64,000 nucleotides of DNA, taken from positions 2,568 to 66,567 of the forward strand of contig JAUPVL010000018.1 of NCBI GenBank assembly GCA_030917065.1. Reading direction: 5' to 3'. The DNA is from Patescibacteria group bacterium. Its GTDB lineage: Bacteria; Patescibacteriota; Saccharimonadia; CAILAD01; BJGX01. Position 1 is the stretch's first letter. Each line of letters starts with the position of its first letter. The notes under the pieces were generated by a model. It searched no databases and was not told the origin of the DNA. It was given only the letters and a program-made list of their open reading frames with translations. A program made the translations under genes and the position numbers. Below, piece after piece: positions 1 through 9,664 of the stretch.

Positions 1-66
1 TTTGAGCTGACTCTTGGTCTTGTCCTGCAAGTCACTGGTACTATTGGTTTCGCAAAGATCAAGTAG
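1..66 (+). CDS. 3' end of an upstream ORF (partial, product unknown)
   Basis: Open frame from the window edge ending at TAG 64-66 (…FELTLGLVLQVTGTIGFAKIK*). No recognisable motif. Confidence 0.2.
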   Translation, partial: FELTLGLVLQVTGTIGFAKIK

Positions 67-150
67 TATCTTTATATTCGATTCGAAACTTCTAGGCTTG
101 GTTGTCATTCCAGAACGAAGATATAAATGATCCGAAAGGGTCATTTTGTA

Positions 151-435
151 TTAGAGTAACTTTTGTTGCTGGGACAATCTAGGTAGATCTGCTACTAGAC
201 TATCGAACTGTTTTGCATCTATATTGATGTCTAATGTTTTGTATCTAGAGGTATGACCTTTGGTAATCACTACATTGCTCTTACTTACACCCGTCCAATC
301 GCTGAGTATTTCTACCAGTCTCTTATTGGCAGTACTATCAATCGGCGGTGCATCTACGCCTACAGTAATCCTATCGCCATCCCATCCTAGCAGACCTTCT
401 CGACGACCTATCTTGGTATATACTTGTATCTTCAT
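151..435 (-). CDS. DUF167/YggU family protein (UPF0235)
   Basis: 94-aa ORF. By memory its pattern (…RITVGVDAPPIDSTANKRLVEILSDW…) resembles the YggU/DUF167 family. Confidence 0.55.
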   Translation of the reverse strand: MKIQVYTKIGRREGLLGWDGDRITVGVDAPPIDSTANKRLVEILSDWTGVSKSNVVITKGHTSRYKTLDINIDAKQFDSLVADLPRLSQQQKLL

Positions 436-566
436 AATCAGATTATACCTACAATCCTATGAGTAATACCAAAAAATATCTATTGCAATGATTGGAAATT
501 CATGACACTATTACTTTCAGCATCTATACCGGCATTTATGATACCTGAATCCCGAAAGGGGCATCA

Positions 567-767
567 ATGATCGACAATGGTAGCACAAAGAAGGCAGGAC
601 CTTGGCTGCAAGAATATCGTCGTGGACGAGGTGACTATGAGAAGGGCATTAAGGGAGACGCCTTCAAGTATGACGGGCCCTATCGATTGGGTTGGTTCGA
701 AGCCTCGGAGGGTATCTCTCCGGACAGAGCAGAGGAGATTGGGCTGGGTAATAATTTCGCCCTTTAA
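567..767 (+). CDS. hypothetical small protein in a GC-rich island (could instead be non-coding)
   Basis: 66-aa ORF rich in G/Y/R/E. It overlaps a second ORF (577-786) in another frame, and local GC is clearly above surroundings. Confidence 0.2.
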   Translation: MIDNGSTKKAGPWLQEYRRGRGDYEKGIKGDAFKYDGPYRLGWFEASEGISPDRAEEIGLGNNFAL

Positions 768-798
768 TCTAAGGTATAAATTCTAATAGTAAGTAGCT

Positions 799-833
799 GC
801 CTATTGAAGATGATCTTCAATAGGCTATTTTTA
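799..833 (+). terminator. intrinsic terminator-like hairpin
   Basis: gcctattgaaga-tgat-cttcaataggc followed by tattttta. Confidence 0.45.
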
Positions 834-978
834 TACACTGCGCGTGTTTTTAAGCAGTTTGATATAATAGAGTTGTTATTAAGTCCAGGCTCAAGCTAAG
901 CCTAAGTCTCTAGGAACAACTTATCTACTGGCAAACGTACGTTGAGACTACAATATCAACTAAATAAGGAGTAGTGTT

Positions 979-1140
979 ATGGCAAAGATGACACCCGAGG
1001 AGCAAATAGACTGGTACGAACGGTCAAAGAAACATTGGCGTTCGTGGGGTTCGTGGTTCAGCTGGGGATCTCCAGTGGGCTTAGGCCTGTTCTTACTGGC
1101 TATAGCTGGCGCAGTTTGGATATTGTCTAAGACGTTCTAG
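979..1140 (+). CDS. hypothetical small Trp-rich membrane protein (53 aa)
   Basis: ATG at 979 preceded by aaggag 8 nt upstream. Product MAKMTPEEQIDWYERSKKHWRSWGSWFSWGSPVGLGLFLLAIAGAVWILSKTF has one C-terminal TM helix. It is below the ORF-track size cutoff. An extended -10 (tgatataat, 860-868) lies upstream. Confidence 0.3.
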   Translation: MAKMTPEEQIDWYERSKKHWRSWGSWFSWGSPVGLGLFLLAIAGAVWILSKTF

Positions 1141-1153
1141 ACTCAAGACACCA

Positions 1154-1193
1154 CCAAAAACGGAGTAACTGATATGAAGTGCTCCGTTTTTGG
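1154..1193 (+). terminator. hairpin (terminator-like) overlapping an extended -10 promoter
   Basis: Stem ccaaaaacggag…ctccgtttttgg runs straight into TGgTATAAT (1191-1199). Confidence 0.4.
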
Positions 1194-1206
1194 TATAATC
1201 CATTTA

Positions 1207-1655
1207 TGCAGATCAATTCTAAACTATCCGATATAGATAAGTGTCTATATCGAGTCTCGGTCAAAGCACTGATAATACACAAGAGCAAGATACTACTCGT
1301 CAAAGAGTGGGACGACGAATGGTGGAGTTTTCCTGGCGGAGGTATTGAGCATGGCGAGAGTATCCAAGATGCATTGCACCGAGAGATATATGAGGAGCTG
1401 GGTATCTCGCAGGCTGATATCAAATCTGATCTAGAGATAATACATACAGGAATAGGTGCAGTAGTAGAGAGATTGCCCATGCTAAATATTTTCCTAAAAG
1501 TAGATGTGCCGGTGGATAATATCAGATCAACATCAGATATTATAGAGTATAAGTGGTTTGATTATGACGAACTAGAGAGTCTATATATAGTGCCTACCAC
1601 GCAAGATAATCGGCAGCTGTTCGATACTATCTTGCAACATGTCGCTACAAACTAG
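1207..1655 (+). CDS. Nudix hydrolase
   Basis: Nudix box GGGIEHGESIQDALHREIYEELGI (GX5EX7REUXEEXGU). Start placed at ATG 1207, about 7 nt after the TGnTATAAT -10, so probably leaderless. The track start at 1179 would lie inside the hairpin. Confidence 0.8.
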
Positions 1656-1704
1656 TACTACAGATACTTTTACAGGCTATCTATAAGGTGCTAAAATATC
1701 TACT

Positions 1705-2688
1705 ATGAAAAACACTTCAGAAGTTGCTGTAGAGGTAAAAAATATAAAGAAATATTATGGAGAGGTCAAAGCCTTAGATGGCGTATCTTTGCGTGTAGAC
1801 AAGGGCAAGATATACGGGCTTCTAGGTCCGAACGGCGCCGGTAAGACTACAGTAGTGCGTACGCTCGCTACACTTATCGAGCCAGATAGCGGAGAAGTGA
1901 CTATCGGTGGCTTAGACGTAGTAGAACACTCTACTCAAGTTCGTCGTATGATAGGTCTAGCCGGCCAATTTGCGGCTGTAGACGACTATCTGACTGGTCG
2001 AGAGACGTTGATGATGGTAGCTAGACTTTATCATGTTCCCAAGAAAGAAGCCAAGAAAAGAGCCGATGAGTTGCTCAGAAGACTTAGCCTGCAAGACGCC
2101 GCTGATAGACCAGCCAAGACTTACTCTGGCGGCATGCGCAGACGACTAGACCTAGGCGCAAGTCTAGTGGGCAAGCCAGAGATACTATTTCTAGACGAGC
2201 CAACTACTGGTCTAGATCCACGTACTCGCCAAGAGTTATGGGGGCTTATACGTGAGCTTGTTGCTGAAGGTCGTACGCTACTGCTAACTACACAGTACTT
2301 GGAAGAAGCTGATGCTCTTTGTGACTACATCAGCATCATTGATAGGGGCAAGGTCGTCAAATCAGGCACAGCTTCACAGCTCAAGTCTAGCTTAGGACGA
2401 GATGTAGTAGAGCTACAAGTAAAAGACGAAGATCATGAAAACGCCCTCAAGGTTGTACGTACACTTACCAAATCCAAGCCAACCGTAGATGAGGTAACCA
2501 AGTCTATCTCTATACGAGCAAGTAAAGGCGCAGAAATGCTTATAAAACTAGTAAATGCACTAGATAAGGCAAAGATCAAGCCTACCGATCTAGCAGTACA
2601 CAGACCAAGCCTGGATGATGTATTCTTAGCAGTTACCGGTAAGAAGCCCAAAAGAGTAGCCACAAAGAAAAAGAAAGGTAAGAAGTAA
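1705..2688 (+). CDS. ABC transporter ATP-binding protein (DrrA-like, ABC-2 exporter ATPase)
   Basis: Walker A GPNGAGKTT, ABC signature YSGGMRRRLDLG, Walker B ILFLDEPTTGLD. Confidence 0.9.
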   Translation: MKNTSEVAVEVKNIKKYYGEVKALDGVSLRVDKGKIYGLLGPNGAGKTTVVRTLATLIEPDSGEVTIGGLDVVEHSTQVRRMIGLAGQFAAVDDYLTGRETLMMVARLYHVPKKEAKKRADELLRRLSLQDAADRPAKTYSGGMRRRLDLGASLVGKPEILFLDEPTTGLDPRTRQELWGLIRELVAEGRTLLLTTQYLEEADALCDYISIIDRGKVVKSGTASQLKSSLGRDVVELQVKDEDHENALKVVRTLTKSKPTVDEVTKSISIRASKGAEMLIKLVNALDKAKIKPTDLAVHRPSLDDVFLAVTGKKPKRVATKKKKGKK

Positions 2689-3485
2689 TGAATGTATCTA
2701 ATCCTAGCATGGTGCAGTCGGCGCGAATGACTATAAGTGATGTGTTGGCTATTACTAAGCGAAATCTTATACGATTCAAACGTACACCTGAAATATTGAT
2801 TTTTTCAAGTATTCAACCAGTGATGTTCTTGTTGCTTTTCAATTATGTATTTGGTGGAGCAATAGGTGTAGCTACACCAGGTACTAGCTATATCAATTTC
2901 TTGCTTCCTGGTATCATGGCTCAAACCGCTCTTTTCTCAACACTTCAAACACCTATCGCGCTGGTTGATGATCTAGACAAGGGTGCTATCGATAGGTTCC
3001 GTAGTCTACCGATGAGTCGAGGAGCAGTATTGGCGGGTCGTACGTTCGCAGATAGTCTGCGCTCACTATTTATCGTGGTATTAATGTTTGTGATAGGTAC
3101 ATTACTAGGGTTCAGATACCAAGCAGGCGGGGGAAAAATGATATTGGCGCTTTTGCTCCTAGTGAGTTTTAGCTATGCATTTTCTTGGCTTACAGCTACC
3201 TTGGGGCTTTTTATACGCAATGCCGAAGCAGTACAGACAGCAGGCTTTCTTTTTGTCTTTCCTTTGACATTTGCTAGTTCAGTATTTGTACCTGTTGTTA
3301 CTATGCCAGGATGGTTGCAGGTGTTTGCTCGCAATCAACCCGTCACACAGCTAGTGAATGCCATGCGGGCATTGATGATTGGAGGAGTAGCGATAGATGC
3401 AGTGTACATTACTATTGCATGGACTATAGGTATATTGGTAGTTTTTGTACCGCTCGCTATTTGGAAATTCAAAAGAACTGTTTGA
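2688..3485 (+). CDS. ABC-2 family transporter permease
   Basis: Polytopic membrane protein (about 6 TM). Start overlaps the ATPase stop (ATGA), so translational coupling. Confidence 0.8.
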   Translation: MNVSNPSMVQSARMTISDVLAITKRNLIRFKRTPEILIFSSIQPVMFLLLFNYVFGGAIGVATPGTSYINFLLPGIMAQTALFSTLQTPIALVDDLDKGAIDRFRSLPMSRGAVLAGRTFADSLRSLFIVVLMFVIGTLLGFRYQAGGGKMILALLLLVSFSYAFSWLTATLGLFIRNAEAVQTAGFLFVFPLTFASSVFVPVVTMPGWLQVFARNQPVTQLVNAMRALMIGGVAIDAVYITIAWTIGILVVFVPLAIWKFKRTV

Positions 3486-3624
3486 CATAGACAATCTAGT
3501 GTGTTATTATTATTAGACGTAATTCGTGAATACCGGGTACTTAGTATATATAAGTAAGTTTTAAATCTCGCTGTTCACTTGATAAGCAAGATTACAAATT
3601 TACTAAATATAACATAAGGAATTC

Positions 3625-4848
3625 ATGTATAATAACTCATTTGCTTCGCGAAGAAATTCGCGAAACCGTAAGCCATTTGGCTATAAGAAAAGACCTAATA
3701 ATAATCGTTCAGGCGGAAATCGTCGCGGCAAGTATATCGATCCGCAAAAGTTTGTAAACGAAGCAGTAGCTCCGAAAGATTTCGAAGCCTATATACCCAA
3801 ACACACTTTTGCTGACTTCGGATTCATAAAAGCGCTAGAACCAATACTAGCTAGTAGAAACTATACAGTACCTACTCAGATACAAGACGGAGCAATACCA
3901 GAAGTACTGAAGGGCAACGATGTGATAGGCCTAGCCAATACTGGTACTGGTAAAACAGCTGCTTTTGTATTGCCTATCATCCACATACTCAAATCTCAAA
4001 CAAACAGACCGCGTGGCGTAGCAGCGCTTATTATAGCTCCCACCAGAGAGCTTGCTGTACAAATAGATGAAGAATTTAAGGCTTTTGCCAAAGGTCTTCA
4101 GCTATATAGCACTATCTGTGTAGGAGGCGTAAGCTTGCATCGACAGATCAAAGAACTATCTAGAAATCCTCAAGTAGTCATCGGTACCCCTGGTAGACTC
4201 AAAGATCTTACCAATCAGCGCAAGCTCAATCTATCAGAAACTAGCATATTTGTACTAGACGAAGCTGATAGGATGTTGGATATGGGATTTATACCAGATA
4301 TCAAGTTCTTGATCAATTTACTACCAGCCAAAAGACAATCACTTTGTTTTAGTGCTACCATCACGCCAGAGATACAACGCCTCATGGATGCTATGCTCGA
4401 TAATCCAGTAACGATTGCAGCTCGCACAGTTGAGACTAGTGAACATATCGAACAAGATGTTATCAAATTTAGTGATCCAAATGAAAAAGTAGAATTGCTT
4501 GAAAAAATGCTTATCCAAGGTCATTACAACAAGGTATTGGTATTCGGTGAAACCAAATGGGGAGTACAAAAACTCGCCGACGCACTCAACAAAAAAGGCA
4601 TCCGCTCAGAAGCCATACACGGCAACAAATCTCAACCTCAAAGACAACGTGCTCTCAAGGCGTTTAGTACAGGAAAGGTTGAAGTATTGGTTGCTACGGA
4701 CGTTGCCGCAAGAGGTCTAGACATACCCAATGTATCTCACGTGATCAACTACGATCAACCAGCTACTTATGAAGATTATATCCATAGAATTGGTAGAACT
4801 GGTCGCGCTGGTAAAGCTGGACATGCTCATACTTTCGTAAAGGCCTAA
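3625..4848 (+). CDS. DEAD-box ATP-dependent RNA helicase
   Basis: Motifs ANTGTGKTAAF, PTRELA, DEAD (VLDEADRMLDMGF), SAT, HRIGRTGRAG. N-terminal Arg/Asn-rich extension. Confidence 0.9.
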   Translation: MYNNSFASRRNSRNRKPFGYKKRPNNNRSGGNRRGKYIDPQKFVNEAVAPKDFEAYIPKHTFADFGFIKALEPILASRNYTVPTQIQDGAIPEVLKGNDVIGLANTGTGKTAAFVLPIIHILKSQTNRPRGVAALIIAPTRELAVQIDEEFKAFAKGLQLYSTICVGGVSLHRQIKELSRNPQVVIGTPGRLKDLTNQRKLNLSETSIFVLDEADRMLDMGFIPDIKFLINLLPAKRQSLCFSATITPEIQRLMDAMLDNPVTIAARTVETSEHIEQDVIKFSDPNEKVELLEKMLIQGHYNKVLVFGETKWGVQKLADALNKKGIRSEAIHGNKSQPQRQRALKAFSTGKVEVLVATDVAARGLDIPNVSHVINYDQPATYEDYIHRIGRTGRAGKAGHAHTFVKA

Positions 4849-4880
4849 TCCAATACTGCTCAGTGTGTTAAAATATTGAT

Positions 4881-5600
4881 ATGCAAAAAAAGAGATTGGT
4901 TTTTGATTTAGAGTTCGTCAGTGAAGACTGGGATGATTTTGATGAAATTACCAAAAAAGATTTACTAAAACGTGCTCCAGATCAAAAAGAAGACCCCAAA
5001 GGTTATGCCAAGGAGCTTGCCGAAGTACAGGACAAGCTAGTATTTAGCCCACTTACAGGCTACATAGCTGCAATTGGTGTTTATGATATAGATAGCGAAA
5101 AGGGCGCTGTATATTTCCAAGACCCCAAAGGAAAACACTCAGACAGTGAAGAAGGCGGTATCAAGTACGTGCCAATGACCGAAGAAGAGATGCTGGTTAA
5201 ATTTTGGGCAATAAGCGAGACAGCAGATGAATTTATTAGTTTTTTTGGTAGACGATCAGACGTACCATATCTCAATATCAGATCTGCCATACATGGCATT
5301 CGGCCCTCGAAAGACCTCATCTCAAATAGGTATAATTCCAGCAAATATCCTGGAGCAGTGCACTATGACCTAGCTGAACTTTTAAGTTTTTACGGAGCTG
5401 CCATGTATCGTGGAAGCCTACATCGTTGGTGTAGAGCCTTTGGTATAGAATCGCCCAAATCAGAACTTAGTGGAGACAAGGTGGGCGAGTATTATCGATC
5501 TGGTAAAACTCTAGAAATCGCCAAATACAACGCACAGGATCTTATTTCAACCGCAAAGTTATTTCACAAGTGGGATCAGTACTTAAGAGAAAGAGCATAG
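4881..5600 (+). CDS. RNase H-like 3'-5' exonuclease (PolB-exo-related, COG3298/YprB-like)
   Basis: DEDDy-type motifs: ExoI FDLEF, ExoIII KYNAQDL (YxxxD). Confidence 0.45.
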   Translation: MQKKRLVFDLEFVSEDWDDFDEITKKDLLKRAPDQKEDPKGYAKELAEVQDKLVFSPLTGYIAAIGVYDIDSEKGAVYFQDPKGKHSDSEEGGIKYVPMTEEEMLVKFWAISETADEFISFFGRRSDVPYLNIRSAIHGIRPSKDLISNRYNSSKYPGAVHYDLAELLSFYGAAMYRGSLHRWCRAFGIESPKSELSGDKVGEYYRSGKTLEIAKYNAQDLISTAKLFHKWDQYLRERA

Positions 5601-5604
5601 CGTA

Positions 5605-5985
5605 GTGCAGGATAATACCAAAAAACAGAAAAGTAAGTCCATCAAGATGATAGTAATTGGCTTTGCGGGTCCTATAGTATTACTTATAGTTTTACTTGTT
5701 ATTACATCAGCATTGAACTTTGTGATGAGCAATCAGGACGATACCGGTTCTCTAGATATATCTCGTAACATACTCAATGTTATTTTATTGTTCGTTGGTA
5801 TCATTACAGTGAGTGGTTTTGTATGGGGGCCAATACTTGGTATATTTGGCATCGTGAAATTGTCAAAACTATCTAGAGTCACTCAAGAGCCGGCTAGTCC
5901 ACCTGAATCAGATCAAGGCAATATTCAATCGACCGTAGAGACACAAGACAACAATAATCAAATAGGAGGGAACAATGTCACTTAA
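5605..5985 (+). CDS. hypothetical membrane protein (2 TM)
   Basis: Two hydrophobic helices. 3' end overlaps bcp by 11 nt. Confidence 0.4.
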   Translation: MQDNTKKQKSKSIKMIVIGFAGPIVLLIVLLVITSALNFVMSNQDDTGSLDISRNILNVILLFVGIITVSGFVWGPILGIFGIVKLSKLSRVTQEPASPPESDQGNIQSTVETQDNNNQIGGNNVT

Positions 5986-6436
5986 TGTAGGAGACAATGC
6001 CCCGCAGTTCAATCTGCTAGATCAAAGCGAAAAAGAACATAGCCTGGATGAACTTAAAGGCAAGACTACACTAATATATTTTTACCCCAAGGATGAGACA
6101 CCGGGGTGCACAGCACAAGCCTGTAGTCTGCGTGACAATATTCATGATCTCAAAAATAATGGAATAGATGTGATAGGAGTAAGTAAGGATGATGTAGGTA
6201 GCCATAGTAAGTTTGCTACCAAGTATCAATTACCATTTACAATATTATCCGATCCTAGCACTAAGATGATTGATGCATACGGAGCCTGGGGAGAGCGTAA
6301 TATGTATGGCAGAAAATTCATGGGCACTATTCGTTCTGGAGTACTAGTTGGTCCAGATCTACGGATACTTGCCGTCTGGCCCAAACTACAGCCTCTCAAG
6401 ACAGTATCTGAAGTTGAGAAGTTTATAAATTCATAG
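5975..6436 (+). CDS. bcp: thiol peroxidase Bcp (peroxiredoxin)
   Basis: Motif FYPKDETPGCTAQAC is the Bcp/PrxQ active site. Confidence 0.85.
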   Translation: MSLNVGDNAPQFNLLDQSEKEHSLDELKGKTTLIYFYPKDETPGCTAQACSLRDNIHDLKNNGIDVIGVSKDDVGSHSKFATKYQLPFTILSDPSTKMIDAYGAWGERNMYGRKFMGTIRSGVLVGPDLRILAVWPKLQPLKTVSEVEKFINS

Positions 6437-6441
6437 ACAAT

Positions 6442-6924
6442 ATGGAGATTGTGATATGGTCGATCGGGTTCTTGATAGTAGTTTTTTGCTTTGCAGTTTT
6501 TTTTGGCGCGCCTTATGTACCCACAAGACAACTTGATATTGAAGAAATATTCAAAAACATCAAAAACTCAAAAAAATCCAAATTTGTGGATTTAGGATCT
6601 GGAGACGGCAAACTAGTGCTGTATGCAGCAAAGCTTGGATATCAATCTACTGGATATGAGATCAATCCGATATTGTGGATGATATCGAACTTCAGAGTGC
6701 GTAAATACCCTAACGCAAAAGTCATACTTTCCAACATGTGGTCTGCCGACATATCCAATGCAGACTTGGTTTTTTGTTTCTTGGCTTCAAAATACATGAA
6801 TAAGTTAGAAAAAAAGCTCAATCAAGAGATGAAACCAGGTTCGATATTTGTAAGTTATGTGTTTGAGCTACCAACTAAAAAACCTTATCTCAAGCATAAG
6901 AGCGCTTTGTATTTCAAGTTTTGA
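6442..6924 (+). CDS. membrane-anchored class I SAM-dependent methyltransferase
   Basis: N-terminal TM helix, then motif I VDLGSGDGKLV. Confidence 0.6.
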   Translation: MEIVIWSIGFLIVVFCFAVFFGAPYVPTRQLDIEEIFKNIKNSKKSKFVDLGSGDGKLVLYAAKLGYQSTGYEINPILWMISNFRVRKYPNAKVILSNMWSADISNADLVFCFLASKYMNKLEKKLNQEMKPGSIFVSYVFELPTKKPYLKHKSALYFKF

Positions 6925-7589
6925 CTAAACACCTATCAATCAATTACAATATAGTAGTAAATCAATCTATTATGGAACCAAAACCACTCAAGTACAAAAG
7001 CCTAGATGGCATCAGCGAAAGACAGTTAAGCGAACATCACGATGTTTTGTATGCTGGCTACGTATCTAAGTACAACGAGATAGAGCAATCACTTAGTGAT
7101 GTAGACCTCAAAGCATCCAACGCTACATACTCTGAGCTAAGAGAACTAACTATCGAAAAGGGCTTTGCGCTCAACGGTGTAAAGCTTCATGAATACTACT
7201 TCGATGGGCTAGGGGGACAGGGTGGTGAACCTAGTGGTCCAATCTCCGAGCTTATCGTAAGAGATTTTGGCAGTATTGAGGCGTGGAATGATCAATTCAA
7301 GGCACTAGGTATGAGTGCACGTGGCTGGGTGGTGCTAGGTTACAACTATGATTTGCAAAAGCTACAAAACTATATTTGTGATGTACACAACCAAGGTGGT
7401 ATATGGAACACTATGACAATACTAGTAATGGATGTCTATGAGCATTCTTATTTCATTGATTATGGAGTGAAGCGAGTGGATTATATAGACAAGTACATGG
7501 CAAATATCGACTGGGAAGAAGTAAACAGTCGAGTCCGCAATAATATTCCTGGATATCAAGACAATACTAATGAACAAAAAGGAGAATAA
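6921..7589 (+). CDS. Fe/Mn superoxide dismutase
   Basis: N-terminal HHDVLYAGYV (HHxxHHxxYV-like metal ligands), C-terminal DVYEHSYF and IDWEEVN motifs. ATGA overlap with the upstream gene. Confidence 0.85.
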   Translation: MTKHLSINYNIVVNQSIMEPKPLKYKSLDGISERQLSEHHDVLYAGYVSKYNEIEQSLSDVDLKASNATYSELRELTIEKGFALNGVKLHEYYFDGLGGQGGEPSGPISELIVRDFGSIEAWNDQFKALGMSARGWVVLGYNYDLQKLQNYICDVHNQGGIWNTMTILVMDVYEHSYFIDYGVKRVDYIDKYMANIDWEEVNSRVRNNIPGYQDNTNEQKGE

Positions 7590-7591
7590 AT

Positions 7592-8113
7592 ATGTTAAAG
7601 CTCAACCAACCAGCACCAGATTTTACAGTAGCTAGCTACCAAAAAAAGCTCAAAGACAACTACAAAGAAGTTAGCCTAAAAGACTACAAAGGCAAATGGG
7701 TGATACTGTTCTTTTATCCACGAGACTTCACCTTTGTATGTCCAACTGAAATCAAGGGATTTGCAAAACACCACGATGAATTCAAAAAGAATGATGCCGA
7801 AATACTTGCAGCTAGTACTGATAGCGTACATTCGCACAGAGCATGGTTTGAAAAAGACTTGAGTGAAGTAGAGTTTCCAGTGCTTGCGGATACCAATCAC
7901 GCACTGAGCCGAGCCTATGAGGTTCTCAACGAAGACAATGGAGAAGCCGAAAGAGGAACTTTTATCATAGACCCCAAGGGATTGCTAAGATATGTTGTAA
8001 TATCCGATAGCAATGTAGGCAGAAGTGTAGACGAGACTCTTAGAGTACTGAAGGCACTACAAACCGGAGGTCTGTGCCCAATCGACTGGGAGCCAGGACA
8101 ATCTAACCTTTAA
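7592..8113 (+). CDS. ahpC: 2-Cys peroxiredoxin (AhpC/Prx1 family)
   Basis: Peroxidatic motif FTFVCPTEI. Length and spacing are typical of AhpC. Confidence 0.85.
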   Translation: MLKLNQPAPDFTVASYQKKLKDNYKEVSLKDYKGKWVILFFYPRDFTFVCPTEIKGFAKHHDEFKKNDAEILAASTDSVHSHRAWFEKDLSEVEFPVLADTNHALSRAYEVLNEDNGEAERGTFIIDPKGLLRYVVISDSNVGRSVDETLRVLKALQTGGLCPIDWEPGQSNL

Positions 8114-8122
8114 AGAAACCAT

Positions 8123-8830
8123 ATGAACCCCCAAGATCCATTACTACCATCAGAGACCAGTAGCCCATCTCACCCCAAGTCACCCGCCAAACAACTTGAA
8201 TTGTACAAGAAACTACTGATCGGTCTTGGAGTAGTGGCCGGTATATTATTGCTTCTCACCATCTTTTTTGGAGCACGAGCGTTTATCAATAGTGAAGACT
8301 TAGCAGAAGCCAATCAGCAAGGTCAAATAGAGGGTGCTGCGGCTCAAAAATCAGCTGACGAAAAAGCCTTCGCAACAGAGAAAAACAGTGACTTCAGAAC
8401 CTATGTAGCTCCTGACTATGCTGGCTCTTTCAGAGTCAATGTACCAAAATCATGGAGTATAGTGGTCAATCCAAATGACAGTGGTAGTACTATCTCTGCA
8501 CTGTCAAATCCTGATTTTGTAGAGAGCAAACTAGACAAATATGCTCTGAGATTCGCGCTACTCAATAAAGAGATAGAAGAAGTCAAGCAACCACTTGATA
8601 ATTTGACCAAAGAAAAAGACCCTAAGAAACGTAAACTAAACGTAGAGGATATTACAGTCTCTGGAGTAAAAGGGTTCAGATACACGGGCCAGATATCTAG
8701 CAAGATACCCAACGGTAGTCTTGTGATTGTACCATTAAGAGATAAGACATTTTCAATCCAAACTGACGACAACGATCTATACTTAGCAGTTTTCAATTCT
8801 ATCGTTGCAAACCTCGGCCTCAATCCATAG
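8123..8830 (+). CDS. hypothetical membrane-anchored exported protein
   Basis: Pro/Ser-rich N-terminus, one TM helix (LLIGLGVVAGILLLLTIFF), then an extracytoplasmic domain. Confidence 0.45.
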   Translation: MNPQDPLLPSETSSPSHPKSPAKQLELYKKLLIGLGVVAGILLLLTIFFGARAFINSEDLAEANQQGQIEGAAAQKSADEKAFATEKNSDFRTYVAPDYAGSFRVNVPKSWSIVVNPNDSGSTISALSNPDFVESKLDKYALRFALLNKEIEEVKQPLDNLTKEKDPKKRKLNVEDITVSGVKGFRYTGQISSKIPNGSLVIVPLRDKTFSIQTDDNDLYLAVFNSIVANLGLNP

Positions 8831-8872
8831 TATAAATGCCAACTAATCAGTTGTTTATTAATATACTCATGC

Positions 8873-9628
8873 TTGCTAATAGCTCGTGCGAAGCATTATT
8901 CTAAAGAGATGAATGGTGTGGAGGATGATAAAAACAACAACAAACAATTAGATAAGGCTTTGCAAAATCAAGAGATCAGATCTATTTTATTTGCGGTGTT
9001 TAGTAGCTTGTCCTCCTTGCAAAAATCTAGCTTGGGATATCTCCAAGAACTTAATAACTCTACTCCTATTAATATTAATAGCAGTATCATTAAGAAGCTT
9101 AAAAATATTAATAGAGTAGAGGAAAGACAGATATATTTATTGGAGACACTAAGTAGATTGATGGATATCAAACAGGGTAGGATTGTTGCATTACATCCTG
9201 AGCAACTTTTTGACAACATAAGCAAAATGGACAGCAAATTCAAATTCAACATGCCAAAAACATATGAAAAATCCATCATTAGTATCGATGAAGCAGTATT
9301 TTGCAATTCCATAAGCGCACTTTTGACCTGTATAGCAAAGACTAGAAATTTTGAATTGAGTTTTAGAAGAAGAGATAGAAACTTTGTGATCAATATATAT
9401 TCTAGCAAAAGTGACTGGATCAAGAATAATTTAGTAGATGCCAGATCTAGTGTGGCAAGTGGGTTTGGTTCAAATCTTGAGCAGCTGGTGGTCATATATA
9501 GTATCAATATGCTACATTCAATATCTGTCAAATCATATTTTCGACATCACAGCGGTAGACAGAGCATTGGCTTGAGGCTACCTTCCGCAGGTCAGCTTAA
9601 TGTGTTTGATAGTGCTACGTCAGCTTAG
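8873..9628 (+). CDS. hypothetical protein (Asn/Ser/Ile-rich)
   Basis: 251-aa ORF immediately upstream of the receiver gene. No recognisable motif. A competing antisense ORF (8968-9531) exists. Confidence 0.35.
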   Translation: MLIARAKHYSKEMNGVEDDKNNNKQLDKALQNQEIRSILFAVFSSLSSLQKSSLGYLQELNNSTPININSSIIKKLKNINRVEERQIYLLETLSRLMDIKQGRIVALHPEQLFDNISKMDSKFKFNMPKTYEKSIISIDEAVFCNSISALLTCIAKTRNFELSFRRRDRNFVINIYSSKSDWIKNNLVDARSSVASGFGSNLEQLVVIYSINMLHSISVKSYFRHHSGRQSIGLRLPSAGQLNVFDSATSA

Positions 9629-9664
9629 TTCGTATAAATTTATAATCCATAGTAGAGTATTATT

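Noticed and set aside
8968-9531. 187-aa antisense ORF opposite the 8873-9628 hypothetical gene
   Set aside because: It is shorter than the sense ORF. The sense ORF is correctly spaced before the downstream receiver gene. No motif is present in either, so the plus-strand ORF was retained at low confidence.
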